Shown here: one piece after another, positions 29,878 to 39,712 of the stretch | Position numbering within the stretch: position 1 is the first letter of the stretch | Layout: each line of letters starts with the position of its first letter | Source: Roseburia sp. | GTDB lineage: Bacteria; Bacillota; Clostridia; Lachnospirales; Lachnospiraceae | Direction of reading: 5' to 3' | Assembly (NCBI GenBank): GCA_023664725.1 | Contig: JAMPFA010000001.1 | Span: 599,191 to 662,412, forward strand | Length of the DNA: 63,222 nucleotides | Notes under the pieces: generated by a model | Database searches by the model: none | What the model saw: only the letters and a program-made list of their open reading frames with translations | Told to the model about the DNA's origin: nothing | Position numbers and translations under genes: made by a program

Positions 29878-31362
29878 TTATTCCCCTGTATTCCCCACAG
29901 GAAAGTTTACGCCGGAAACATTCAGATTATTATTCACTTTTGCATCATATGTATTTGCCTTCATCACTTCCGTCAGATCAAAGCCGGTGGTCTCTTTCAC
30001 CGCCTCGATGGTTTTCTTTAAAATGGCTGGTGTGTAATCCCCCATAGAGGAAACTCCGGCTCCATCCCCACTGTCAATAATCGTAACTTTGTCGATAGCG
30101 GCAAGAGGCTCTGCCACAGCCTTTGCCATCTCGGGAAGCATGTTTACGATCATCTCCACCATTGCCGCCTGACCATACTGCTTCATGGCCTCGGCCTTTT
30201 TCAGAAGCGCTTCCGCCTCGGCCTCTCCTCTTGCCCTGGTGGCCGCCGCCTCCGCCTCTCCCTCTCTCTGGATTGCGGCAGCGTTTCTCTCTTTTGCCTC
30301 TGCAGCCTTCTCAATCTCGTATTTCTTTGCGTCTGCCTCCGCCTGCCTTTTGGCCAACTCTGCTTTTGCCTGCTGCTCCGCAGCGTATCGCTGGGCATCT
30401 GCCGCCTGCTCTTTCGCATATTTCTCCGCCTCTGCCCTCTTGCGGATCTCTGCGTTTAACACCTGCTCCTGGGCCTCTACTTCCTTGCCCTTTAACTCAT
30501 TGTCCTTCTCCTGTTTTGCAATGTCCGCCTCGGTCTTTGCAACCTCAATGACTTTACGCTGCTGCTCCTTCTGAATGCTGTAGGCTGCGTCCGCCTCCGC
30601 TTTCTTGGAGTCCGCCACGATCTGAAGTTCTGACTGCTTTAATGCCAGCTCATTGTTCTTCTCCGCAATGGCTGTGTCCGCCGCAACTCTGGCATCGTTG
30701 GATTCTTTCTCCGCCTTTGCCCTCGCAACATTGATCTCCTTTTCGGACTCCGCCCTGGAAATGGCAGCTTCCTTCTTTATCTTTACGATATTATCCACAC
30801 CAAGATTTTCAATGACCTGGTTGTCGTCCACAAAATTCTGTACGTTAAAGCTGATAATGTCAAGGCCCATCTCCGCCAGATCCGGCTCCGCATTCTCCTT
30901 AACCAGATTGGCAAACTTCTGCCTGTCATTTACCATCTCCTCCAAACGCATCTTGCCCACAATCTCACGGACATTTCCCTCTAACACTTCCCTCGCCACG
31001 GTCCCCACGTAATCTGGCTTTTTGTTCAGGAAATTTTGAGCCGCCAGCTTCAATTTGTCCGGCTTGTCGCTGATTTTCACATTCACCGTGGCGTCTACCA
31101 TGATATTGATATAGTCCGCTGTGGGCACAGAAGAGCTAGTCTTCACATCGATGGAGATCAACTGTAAACTCAGCACATCCTTCCGCTCCAAAAAGGGTAT
31201 CTTGATACCCGCTCTCCCGATCAATGTCCTTGCATTTTTTCGCAGACCGGAAATCAAAATCGCCTGATCCGGCGCCGCTTTCACATAGCCGCACATCAGG
31301 ATCACTACGATCAGAATCACGATCAACACGATCACTGCCTTAGGCAGAATACTTGCCAACAT
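29878..31362 (-). CDS. Flotillin-like SPFH/band-7 protein with a long Ala/Glu-rich coiled-coil.
   Basis: N-terminal TM, SPFH domain, EA-rich repeats. Start set at MLASILP (RBS aaggagga 7 nt upstream) rather than the upstream ATG at 31428. Confidence 0.85.
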   Translation of the reverse strand: MLASILPKAVIVLIVILIVVILMCGYVKAAPDQAILISGLRKNARTLIGRAGIKIPFLERKDVLSLQLISIDVKTSSSVPTADYINIMVDATVNVKISDKPDKLKLAAQNFLNKKPDYVGTVAREVLEGNVREIVGKMRLEEMVNDRQKFANLVKENAEPDLAEMGLDIISFNVQNFVDDNQVIENLGVDNIVKIKKEAAISRAESEKEINVARAKAEKESNDARVAADTAIAEKNNELALKQSELQIVADSKKAEADAAYSIQKEQQRKVIEVAKTEADIAKQEKDNELKGKEVEAQEQVLNAEIRKRAEAEKYAKEQAADAQRYAAEQQAKAELAKRQAEADAKKYEIEKAAEAKERNAAAIQREGEAEAAATRARGEAEAEALLKKAEAMKQYGQAAMVEMIVNMLPEMAKAVAEPLAAIDKVTIIDSGDGAGVSSMGDYTPAILKKTIEAVKETTGFDLTEVMKANTYDAKVNNNLNVSGVNFPVGNTGE

Positions 31363-31457
31363 AATGAAATCCTCCTTTTCCTTTTGTATAACTGTAGTAT
31401 ACCAGAACAGGAGGATGATTACAAACAATTATGAACACATTTTATCTAAAATCTAAT

Positions 31458-32582
31458 TTAGTCCCCACAGGCTTTAAAATTATAAATCGGCCGGATCACC
31501 TTCTCCACATCCACCGTATCCCCGATATTATCTACGATATCATCCATCCCCTTATACGCCATAGGGCACTCATCCAGAGTATCTTTATTTACCGATGTCG
31601 TGTAAATCCCCTTCATCTGACCCTTAAACTCCGACACCGTAAAGGACTCTTTTGCCGCCGACCGGCTCATCAACCGCCCTGCCCCGTGGGGCGCTGACTG
31701 ATTCCAGTCCTCATTGCCTTTTCCGATGCAGATCAGAGCGCCGTCCCTCATATTGATAGGGATCAAAAGACGCTCGCCCTTCTTCGCCGACACAGCCCCT
31801 TTTCGCAAGATCATAGTCTCTATATCGATATAATTGTGGATGGTGGTAAACTGCTCTGTGACGTGGATTTTCATCCCCTTTATGATCTCATCCATCATTG
31901 CCTGCCGGTTCAGTTTCGCATATTCCTGGACAATTTTCATGTCATGGATATACTGGTCAAAGAGTTCAAAAGACACATAGGCCAACTGCCTTGGGATATT
32001 GGTTCTCTTGATATTTTTGTCCGTGCCGTTTAAGACCTTATATCCCTCTTCCTGATAGAAATTCGCCACTTCCAGACCCAGATGACGGCTGCCGGAATGT
32101 ACCACCACATAGATATTCCCCTCATCATCTTTGTCCGCCTCGATAAAATGATTTCCTCCCCCCAAAGTTCCAAGGCTTTTCTCCGCTCTCCTTGTATCTA
32201 TATGCTTATAGCAGTACAAGTCCTCCAGATTTATTTTTTCCAAATATCTGTGATTTTTCTCCCGCACATTAAATCCTGAAGGAATCTTTTCATAGATCAT
32301 CTTATCCAGTTTTTGCAGCTCTATATGCTTTTCTTTGATCTGAATGGTTTCCATCCCGCATCCAATGTCCACTCCCACCAGGTTGGGGACGATTTTGTCT
32401 GAGATGGTCATTGTGGTTCCGATGGTGCAGCCCATTCCCGCATGGATATCCGGCATCAGACGGATTTTACTGCCTGCAACAAATTCCTGATTTAAAAGAA
32501 GCATCAGCTGTGAAATGGACGCCTCGTCTACCACATCGGTAAAAATTTTTGCCTCGTTATATTTTCCTCTTAGCTCTATCAT
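31458..32582 (-). CDS. rtcB: RtcB-family RNA ligase (short, 374-aa form).
   Basis: Metal-binding motifs DIHAGMGC, VGVDIGCGM, GGGNHFIE and APHGAGR. Confidence 0.75.
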   Translation of the reverse strand: MIELRGKYNEAKIFTDVVDEASISQLMLLLNQEFVAGSKIRLMPDIHAGMGCTIGTTMTISDKIVPNLVGVDIGCGMETIQIKEKHIELQKLDKMIYEKIPSGFNVREKNHRYLEKINLEDLYCYKHIDTRRAEKSLGTLGGGNHFIEADKDDEGNIYVVVHSGSRHLGLEVANFYQEEGYKVLNGTDKNIKRTNIPRQLAYVSFELFDQYIHDMKIVQEYAKLNRQAMMDEIIKGMKIHVTEQFTTIHNYIDIETMILRKGAVSAKKGERLLIPINMRDGALICIGKGNEDWNQSAPHGAGRLMSRSAAKESFTVSEFKGQMKGIYTTSVNKDTLDECPMAYKGMDDIVDNIGDTVDVEKVIRPIYNFKACGD

Positions 32583-32794
32583 ATTTTCACCCCCACTTCA
32601 CCAAAAATACTTACGCTCTTAAAAGATATTATAAGCAAAATTTATTAGAAATACAACTCTTACAAAATAGGAATACAGAACAGGAAAATCAATCTTTCTT
32701 AAAAACATAAAAATCTTTAACTTTTTAGTAGACTTTACACTATGGATATGATATAATTCTTACACTACCAAAGAAACATTCTCACAATAGGAGC

Positions 32795-33136
32795 GTGATT
32801 ATTATGGCACTCACCAATGAAGATTTACAGGCGATTTCAGGTTTATTACAGCCAATCCATAACAGACTCGATGGGATAGACAACAGGCTCAACGGAATGG
32901 ACAGCAGGCTCGATAGGATGGACAGCAGGCTCGATAGGATGGACAGCAGGTTCGACAGAATAGAAAACCGTTTAGACAAAGTAGAATCTGAAGTATCCAC
33001 ACTAAAATCCGGACAAATAGAAATCAAGAAAGAACTCAAAGAAGTGAATGAAAAAGTTTCTGAGACATATCAGATTGCCTTAGACGCCTGGGGCACCAGC
33101 AGAGAAAACAGGAACTGGCTTAATAAAATCGGGTAA
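32795..33136 (+). CDS. Small coiled-coil protein built from six heptad repeats (NRLDGID/NRLNGMD/SRLDRMD x2/SRFDRIE/NRLDKVE).
   Basis: 113 aa; the DNA carries tandem 21-nt repeats at 32861-32986; no TM segment. Confidence 0.6.
   Translation: MIIMALTNEDLQAISGLLQPIHNRLDGIDNRLNGMDSRLDRMDSRLDRMDSRFDRIENRLDKVESEVSTLKSGQIEIKKELKEVNEKVSETYQIALDAWGTSRENRNWLNKIG
32861..32986 (+). repeat. Six tandem in-frame 21-nt repeats (two identical: gacagcaggctcgataggatg) encoding a heptad coiled-coil.
   Basis: Read directly in the sequence. Confidence 0.8.
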
Positions 33137-33242
33137 TACATTACAAAAAAGGACAGAAAAACCAATCTTAAAATTTGGTTTTCCTATCCTTTTGTTATCT
33201 GTCCTTAGAACAGCCAAACATAGCTGCACAAATCTCTATCTG

Positions 33243-33992
33243 CTATTTGTAGCAGACAATCTTTCCAAAATCTGGTTTCAAGGACGCTCCTCCCACCAGA
33301 CCGCCGTCGATATCCGGTTTTGCAAAAAGCTCTGCTGCATTTCCTGCATTTACGGAACCGCCGTACTGGATACGGATAGACTCTGCTGTTGCATCGTCGT
33401 AAACCTCTTTGATACAGTTACGGATCGCTGCGCAAACCTCCTCTGCCTGATCGGAAGTTGCTGTCTCGCCTGTTCCGATTGCCCAGATTGGCTCATATGC
33501 GATTACTGCATTTTTTGCCTGGTCTGCTGTTACATTCTGGAATGCGATTTTGATCTGCATACGGATCCAGTCAATGTAAATGCCCTGTTTTCTCTGGGTT
33601 AAGGACTCACCACAGCAGATGATCGGTGTGATGCCGTGCTCGAAAGCCTTTAACACTTTTTTGTTTACTGTCTCGTCTGTCTCTGCAAAGTACTCTCTTC
33701 TCTCAGAGTGGCCGATAACAACATACTTTACACCAGCGTCTGTAAGCATTGCCGGAGAAATTTCTCCTGTATATGCTCCGCTCTCCTCAAAATACATATT
33801 CTCAGCGCCAATCTGAATATTGGTGCCCTTAGCTGCCTCCATAGCAGGGATGATATCAATCGCAGGTACACAGAAAACTACATCTACCTCATCATTTTTT
33901 ACCAATGGAGCAAGCTCCTTCACAAGAGCAACTGCCTCGCTGGGAGTCTTATTCATTTTCCAGTTTCCAGCAATAATTTTTTTTCTTGCCAT
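33243..33992 (-). CDS. tpiA: Triosephosphate isomerase.
   Basis: [14 protein letters not shown]...; 249 aa. Confidence 0.95.
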   Translation of the reverse strand: MARKKIIAGNWKMNKTPSEAVALVKELAPLVKNDEVDVVFCVPAIDIIPAMEAAKGTNIQIGAENMYFEESGAYTGEISPAMLTDAGVKYVVIGHSERREYFAETDETVNKKVLKAFEHGITPIICCGESLTQRKQGIYIDWIRMQIKIAFQNVTADQAKNAVIAYEPIWAIGTGETATSDQAEEVCAAIRNCIKEVYDDATAESIRIQYGGSVNAGNAAELFAKPDIDGGLVGGASLKPDFGKIVCYK

Positions 33993-34053
33993 TTTTTATT
34001 CTCCTTATCCTTCCATTTTTTGGCTTCACTACATTTACAAGGATGTTCTGTTC

Positions 34054-34149
34054 GCTAAGCTCAGCCTGCACCTACGGCTTGGCTTTGCTAATCTCACAGA
34101 ACGGCCTCGCACTAAGTTCAGCCTACGCCTGCGGCTTGGCTTCACTAAG
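34054..34149. repeat. Two imperfect ~38-bp direct repeats (ctaag-y-tcagcct-r-c-r-cct-r-cggcttggctt...) in the pgk-tpiA intergenic region, flanked by tggcttcacta copies at 34021 and 34139.
   Basis: Seen in the sequence; a 167-nt intergenic spacer inside the gap-pgk-tpiA operon. Confidence 0.45.
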
Positions 34150-34159
34150 TGCTTTCGGC

Positions 34160-35368
34160 CTATTTATCATTAGCTGCTGCTACACCCGGCAGTTCTTTTC
34201 CCTCTAAGAACTCTAAGGAAGCGCCGCCGCCTGTGGAGATATGGCTCATCTTATCGCCGAATCCCAGCTGATTTACAGCTGCTGCGGAGTCGCCGCCGCC
34301 AATGATCGTAGTAGCGTCTGTCTCTGCCAGTGCCTCTGCCACTGCAATAGTTCCCTTTGCAAGAGTTGGGTTCTCAAATACGCCCATAGGTCCGTTCCAA
34401 ACAACAGTCTTTGCAGATTTCACTGCATCTGCATACATCTGAGCTGTCTTCGGTCCGATGTCGCATCCCTCTCTGTCAGCAGGCATATCTTTTACATCGT
34501 ATGTCTCGATCTCAACAGGAGCATCGATGGGATTTGGGAATCCTACAACTGTTACGGAATCTACCGGAAGAAGTAATTTCTTTCCAAGCTTTTCTGCCTT
34601 TGCGATCATCTCTTTACAGTAATCAATCTTGGTGTCATCCAATAAGGAGTTTCCAATCTCATAGCCCTGAGCTTTTAAGAATGTGTATGCCATACCTCCG
34701 CCGATGATCAAGGTATCACATTTCTCCAGCAGGTTGGAGATTACGTTTAATTTGTCTGCAACTTTTGCGCCGCCTAAGATTGCAACGAAAGGTCTTACCG
34801 GATTCTCTACTGCATTTCCTAAGAAATCAATTTCTTTCTGCATTAAGTAGCCCACAACTGCTGTGTCTACCAGTCCTGCAACACCTACGTTAGAGCAGTG
34901 TGCTCTGTGAGCTGTACCGAAAGCATCATTTACAAATACATCGCAGAGAGATGCCAAGTCTTTGGAGAATGCCTCTCCGTTTTTGGTCTCCTCTGCTCTG
35001 TAACGGGTATTCTCAAGCAAAATAACTTCGCCGTCTTTCATAGCTTCCACTGCTGCTTTTGCATTAGGTCCTACCACTTCCGGGTCTGCTGCAAATTTTA
35101 CTTCCTGTCCCAAAAGCTCTGTCAGTCTTGCTGCCACAGGAGCTAAAGACAATTCCGGCTTTGGCTCTCCCTTAGGCTTGCCAAGATGAGAGCAAAGAAT
35201 TACTTTTCCGCCATCTTTGATTAATTTTTTGATGGTGGGAAGGGCTGCCACCAGACGGTTTTCGTCTGTGATTTTTCCCTCTTTTAAAGGTACGTTAAAA
35301 TCGCATCTGCAGAGAACTCTCTTTCCTGCAACGTTGATATCATCTACGGATTTCTTGTTCAAAGACAT
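34160..35368 (-). CDS. pgk: Phosphoglycerate kinase.
   Basis: 402 aa with canonical PGK sequence. Confidence 0.95.
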   Translation of the reverse strand: MSLNKKSVDDINVAGKRVLCRCDFNVPLKEGKITDENRLVAALPTIKKLIKDGGKVILCSHLGKPKGEPKPELSLAPVAARLTELLGQEVKFAADPEVVGPNAKAAVEAMKDGEVILLENTRYRAEETKNGEAFSKDLASLCDVFVNDAFGTAHRAHCSNVGVAGLVDTAVVGYLMQKEIDFLGNAVENPVRPFVAILGGAKVADKLNVISNLLEKCDTLIIGGGMAYTFLKAQGYEIGNSLLDDTKIDYCKEMIAKAEKLGKKLLLPVDSVTVVGFPNPIDAPVEIETYDVKDMPADREGCDIGPKTAQMYADAVKSAKTVVWNGPMGVFENPTLAKGTIAVAEALAETDATTIIGGGDSAAAVNQLGFGDKMSHISTGGGASLEFLEGKELPGVAAANDK

Positions 35369-35454
35369 GGGTGTATCCTCCTTAAAATTTAATGAAAAAA
35401 GGGTCCGGCCCCAATAGACCGGACCCTTTTGAGTCTGATTTTTGTAATGTCTGC

Positions 35455-36456
35455 CTATGATAACTCAGAGAAGTATTTGATTGTACGAACCATCTGAGAA
35501 GTATAGCTGTTCTCATTGTCATACCAGGAAACAACCTGTACTAAGTTGTCCTCGCCTACCATAGTCTGTGTAGCATCGAATATGGAGCCTGCTGTGCTTC
35601 CGATGATATCGGAGGAAACGATCTCCTCATCATTGTACTCGAAGGACTCGGTAGCTGCTTTCTTCATAAAGTCGTTGATCTGCTCTTTTGTCACAGATTT
35701 CTCAACAGTTGCAACTAAGATAGTTGTGGAACCTGTCGGGCAGGGAACACGCTGAGCAGAACCGATCAATTTTCCGTTTAACTCTGGGATAACCAGTCCG
35801 ATTGCCTTTGCAGCGCCTGTGCTGTTTGGAACAATATTTACTGCTGCTGCACGGGATCTTCTCAGATCGCCTTTTCTCTGAGGTCCGTCAAGAGTCATCT
35901 GATCACCTGTGTAAGAGTGGATTGTGCTCATGATACCGGATTTGATTCCTGCTAAGTCGTTTAATGCTTTAGCCATTGGAGCCAAGCAGTTTGTTGTACA
36001 GGAAGCTGCGGAGATAATGGTATCTTCCGGTTTTAAAGTTGTGTGGTTTACATTGTATACGATGGTAGGAAGGTCATTTCCTGCTGGAGCAGAGATAACA
36101 ACTTTTCTGGCACCTGCATTGATATGAGCCTGAGCTTTATCTTTGCTTGTGTAGAATCCAGAACACTCTAATACAACGTCAACTTTTAAATCACCCCATG
36201 GGCAGTTGTTCGCATCCGGGAAAGCGTAGATCTTGATTTCTTTTCCGTCAACTGTGATAGAATCCTCTCCTGATGTCACTTTGTCAGCCAAAGCGTATTT
36301 TCCCTGAGAAGAATCATATTTTAACAAGTGTGCCAACATTTTCGGGCTTGTCAAATCATTGATTGCTACTACTTCATATCCTTCTGCACCGAACATCTGT
36401 CTGAATGCAAGACGGCCGATACGGCCAAAACCATTGATTGCTACTCTTACTGCCAT
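35455..36456 (-). CDS. gap: Glyceraldehyde-3-phosphate dehydrogenase.
   Basis: [15 protein letters not shown]...SCTTNCL...; 333 aa. Confidence 0.95.
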   Translation of the reverse strand: MAVRVAINGFGRIGRLAFRQMFGAEGYEVVAINDLTSPKMLAHLLKYDSSQGKYALADKVTSGEDSITVDGKEIKIYAFPDANNCPWGDLKVDVVLECSGFYTSKDKAQAHINAGARKVVISAPAGNDLPTIVYNVNHTTLKPEDTIISAASCTTNCLAPMAKALNDLAGIKSGIMSTIHSYTGDQMTLDGPQRKGDLRRSRAAAVNIVPNSTGAAKAIGLVIPELNGKLIGSAQRVPCPTGSTTILVATVEKSVTKEQINDFMKKAATESFEYNDEEIVSSDIIGSTAGSIFDATQTMVGEDNLVQVVSWYDNENSYTSQMVRTIKYFSELS

Positions 36457-36596
36457 TCTTAATTCCTCCTAAAAAAATTTTAAGTAAGTTAATATTTGAG
36501 CAAGCTTGCCCAACCTGTCTATATTTTAACCAATTTTTTCCCAAATTACAAGTCTTAACCTGTACTTTGTTAAAATTTTCACTTTTTTTCTGTTTT

Positions 36597-37142
36597 TCAG
36601 GAAAAAAAAGGTTTATCGTCATATTGACCAAAAGCCGTGGAAAGCCCCACAGTCTGCAGATTTTCCACAATTCCCTCCATCATTTTATCTTTTTTGTGGT
36701 ATATGCGCATGTTCTTCCAGGGAATGTCCGTGATATATTCCCGCTGCCGTTCCTTAAGACAGTCAAGGATTTTTTCATACAGTTCCCTTTCCCTTCCCAT
36801 TACCAGGCCAAAATCACAGGGGAGATAGATGTCCATCTCCCCCGGATCTTTCACCTCTGTCACTCTCCGGAAACTGGTTCTCCCGTATTTGTCATACTCT
36901 TTCACATAGCTCACCTGCTCCTGCCTGTGGGCTCTTTCCGGTTTTGTAAGGCAGATCACACCAGTATCCACCAAATGGTCCCACACTACATTCTGCACCC
37001 TCTCATAGGGGGCGGGATAATCAAGACTTTCCATAATCTGGCTGACGGAATAGCCCAGATTCCAGAGGTGGCGGATGGCCCCGCCGTTTGCCATATCCTG
37101 GGAAAAATTTTTAAGGGCTCTCTTAAAAAATTCCTCCGACAT
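36597..37142 (-). CDS. Hypothetical cytoplasmic protein (181 aa) upstream of the gap operon.
   Basis: No recognisable motifs; sits where central glycolytic regulators are often encoded in Firmicutes, but shows no HTH signature. Confidence 0.45.
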   Translation of the reverse strand: MSEEFFKRALKNFSQDMANGGAIRHLWNLGYSVSQIMESLDYPAPYERVQNVVWDHLVDTGVICLTKPERAHRQEQVSYVKEYDKYGRTSFRRVTEVKDPGEMDIYLPCDFGLVMGRERELYEKILDCLKERQREYITDIPWKNMRIYHKKDKMMEGIVENLQTVGLSTAFGQYDDKPFFS

Positions 37143-37144
37143 GA

Positions 37145-37993
37145 CTATTCCACCAGCTTATCTTTGAAGAAGCAGATAATACACTGCCAGATCTCTCTCT
37201 GGAAAAACTGAAGGTCCGCATGATCCGCATCCTTGATCTCCAGCAGTGTCACGTCGCAGCCTGCCTCCTCCAATTTGTCATACAGCGCTTCCCCCTGGGA
37301 AAATGGCACAGTGTGGTCATTGTTTCCATGGATAATCAAAAATGGCGGTGCGTCTTTTGTGACATAGTTCACCGGGCAGATTTTCTTTGCCTCCTCCTTA
37401 TTGGTCATAACATTCATTCCAAGGAGCATAGATTCCGGCGATACTGCGGCAAAGACTTCCGAAGGGTATTCTATACTGGCAACATCGGCTGGGGGATACC
37501 ATGTACATGCCGCCTGGACAGTGCTGGCATGATCCAGATAAGTTCCCACATCATAGGAAGGCGCATTTGCCAGTGCCGCCATGGCGGCAAGATACCCTCC
37601 GGCAGATTCCCCCATCACTCCCATGCGTCTGCTGTCGATATTGTAGCGCTCTGCATGTGCTTTTAAATAGCGGATTCCCGCTTTCACATCCTGTAAGGGC
37701 ATGGGAAAGCGCACTTCGTTGGTAGTGCGGTACTCTACGCTTGCCACCACAAAACCGCTTCTGGCAAGTTCCGCCAGATAGGCAAGGTGGGCGGACCTGT
37801 CCATGGTCATCCAGGCCCCTCCGCAGATCCAGACGATACAGGGATACTTCTTTGTGGAATCTTCAGGATAGATAATATCCATTTTCAGGTCTTTTCTGGT
37901 GTGTCCAAACCAGGTATCCACCTGGGCAAAACTGACACCTGTAATAACGGAATACTGTGGCTCCTCTACTTTTACTTCAATTTTCCTTCTCAC
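37145..37993 (-). CDS. Alpha/beta hydrolase (HSL-like carboxylesterase).
   Basis: HGGAW-type box (WICGGAW) and nucleophile elbow GESAGG; 282 aa. Confidence 0.8.
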   Translation of the reverse strand: MRRKIEVKVEEPQYSVITGVSFAQVDTWFGHTRKDLKMDIIYPEDSTKKYPCIVWICGGAWMTMDRSAHLAYLAELARSGFVVASVEYRTTNEVRFPMPLQDVKAGIRYLKAHAERYNIDSRRMGVMGESAGGYLAAMAALANAPSYDVGTYLDHASTVQAACTWYPPADVASIEYPSEVFAAVSPESMLLGMNVMTNKEEAKKICPVNYVTKDAPPFLIIHGNNDHTVPFSQGEALYDKLEEAGCDVTLLEIKDADHADLQFFQREIWQCIICFFKDKLVE

Positions 37994-38044
37994 TATTTTT
38001 ACCTTCTTTCTTTTGAATACTTTTATTATACTCCCCTTTTTCCC

Positions 38045-39712
38045 CTATGTCAGCACCTGATTTAAAGCATAGACTGCCGCCCCGGCAGCTCCCACGATCT
38101 CAGGTTCCTCACAGATATACAGCTTTGCGCCGATTTTTTCTTCCAGGGCACGGACCACCCCGGGGTTTTTGGCAACACCCCCGGTCATCATGTAATCCCC
38201 CTCCATGCCCACACGCTTCATCAGGGAGTAAGCCTTCCCTGCGATGGCATTGCAGATTCCGTTGGCAATGTCCGCTTTTTCCTTATTGTTGGCAATCAGG
38301 GAAATCACTTCGGACTCCGCAAACACAGAACACATGCTGGTAATCTCAATATCCTCCGTGGATTTCAATGCAATGGGTCCAAGCTCGTCAATGTCAATTT
38401 CCAGAGAGCGGGCGATCATCTCCAGAAAACGCCCTGTCCCAGCGGCGCACTTGTCATTCATCACAAAATCCACCACTTCCCCCTCTTCATTCAGGCGGAT
38501 TCCCTTGCTGTCCTGACCGCCGATATCTAAAATTGTGCGTATCTTTGGATTAAAATAGTGCGCTCCTTTTCCGTGACAGCTGATCTCCGTCACATTCTCA
38601 TCTGCAAAATCGATGCTGACCCTGCCGTAGCCTGTGGACACGATCCTCTCGATATCCTCCTTTTTAAGACCAGCCTTGTCCAACACTTCCTGTAAAATCC
38701 GCTCTGCGCTCTCCCCGGACTTTGCCCCGGTGCGCACCACATCATATGCCACGATCTCCCTCTTGTCATTCATGATCACCGCATTGGTGGAAGTAGAGCC
38801 GCTGTCAATTCCCATGACATACATTTTTTCCTGTCCCCTTTCCCTCTTTTTCCCTTTTCCCTCCAGAGTGCCCAGAGATTCCAAAAAGGCCTCAATTCTG
38901 GTAAGTATCTGACCATAACTTTGTTTCGTATAATCTGTCTCCAGCAAAAGCTTGGGCTTTTCTATTTTATCCTTCAGCCAGGCATATTCATAGGCATAAT
39001 TGTCGCAAAACTGCACAGTGTGGTAAATGATCCCATCTACGCTGTCCGCATATTTTTGCACCAGACCGTCCCGGTCCGCAGCCTCCTCCATACGCATACA
39101 GGGAAACTGGCTCAAAAGCCCTCTGGTGTAGCCTGTCAAAATATCCTCTTTCTCCAGTAAAAGTTTTCTGGAAAGTCCGGTGCAGGTTAAGTCAAAGGCT
39201 GCGTTTGCCCCTTTCTCCTCCAGGATCTTGCGGATATTCTGGTTTGCCCTTGCCCCCACGATCCCGATGTTTTTGCAACCCTTTTTCAGGGAGATGGGTT
39301 TCGTATTTTCTGCTTTATCTATAATCTCTTTTAGCTTATCTTCCTCAAAACTTTTTCCGGAAAACTCCTCATAAGCTTCTATCATCCTTTGGATTCTCTT
39401 TTCATACAGGACAATGCCAGGATCTTTTGTAATCCTTGGAATATCCAGTATATAGATAAATTTATCCGGCAATTCCTCCTTCAGCACATCATACAGTCGG
39501 CGGATGCTGTCACAGCAGGTGGTAAGCAGCACTCCCTCATACTCTTTTGCCAGAACGGTTTCCAGCACTCCCTTGGCAAAACTGCAGATATTGGGATGCA
39601 TTTTCATATCCGCCTGGTTAAAATTTGTCACCTCCGGCTCAATCCGCTCTACTTCGGTTTCCATAGCCTGAAAAATTTCCACAGGCGCATATTTACATAT
39701 ATAACCTATCAT
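38045..39712 (-). CDS. Fusion protein: 2-hydroxyacyl-CoA dehydratase beta-like subunit (HgdB-like, N-terminal ~290 aa) fused to a BadF/BadG/BcrA/BcrD-type ATPase activase (HgdC-like, C-terminal ~260 aa).
   Basis: N-terminal YICKYAPVE...TTCCDS...HTVQFCD motifs. The C-terminal half begins MYVMGIDSGSTSTNAVIM (activase actin-like fold) with cluster-ligating Cys residues. Confidence 0.75.
   Translation of the reverse strand: MIGYICKYAPVEIFQAMETEVERIEPEVTNFNQADMKMHPNICSFAKGVLETVLAKEYEGVLLTTCCDSIRRLYDVLKEELPDKFIYILDIPRITKDPGIVLYEKRIQRMIEAYEEFSGKSFEEDKLKEIIDKAENTKPISLKKGCKNIGIVGARANQNIRKILEEKGANAAFDLTCTGLSRKLLLEKEDILTGYTRGLLSQFPCMRMEEAADRDGLVQKYADSVDGIIYHTVQFCDNYAYEYAWLKDKIEKPKLLLETDYTKQSYGQILTRIEAFLESLGTLEGKGKKRERGQEKMYVMGIDSGSTSTNAVIMNDKREIVAYDVVRTGAKSGESAERILQEVLDKAGLKKEDIERIVSTGYGRVSIDFADENVTEISCHGKGAHYFNPKIRTILDIGGQDSKGIRLNEEGEVVDFVMNDKCAAGTGRFLEMIARSLEIDIDELGPIALKSTEDIEITSMCSVFAESEVISLIANNKEKADIANGICNAIAGKAYSLMKRVGMEGDYMMTGGVAKNPGVVRALEEKIGAKLYICEEPEIVGAAGAAVYALNQVLT

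Noticed and set aside
31363-31428. Upstream extension of the flotillin ORF (MFVIILLFWYTTVIQKEKEDFI...).
   Set aside because: A strong RBS (aaggagga) sits 7 nt before the internal ATG (MLASILP), which begins the expected flotillin N-terminal TM. The extension has no RBS.
32861-32986. Tandem direct repeats that could be mistaken for a CRISPR array (also 62027..62128).
   Set aside because: Units are 21 and 30 nt, contiguous without spacers, in frame inside ORFs, and encode heptad and His-rich peptide repeats. No cas genes are present.
32795-33136. Calling the heptad-repeat protein a phage XhlA hemolysin and the region a prophage remnant.
   Set aside because: It lacks the C-terminal TM helix of XhlA and there are no phage structural or lysis genes nearby. 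Only a generic coiled-coil resemblance was seen.
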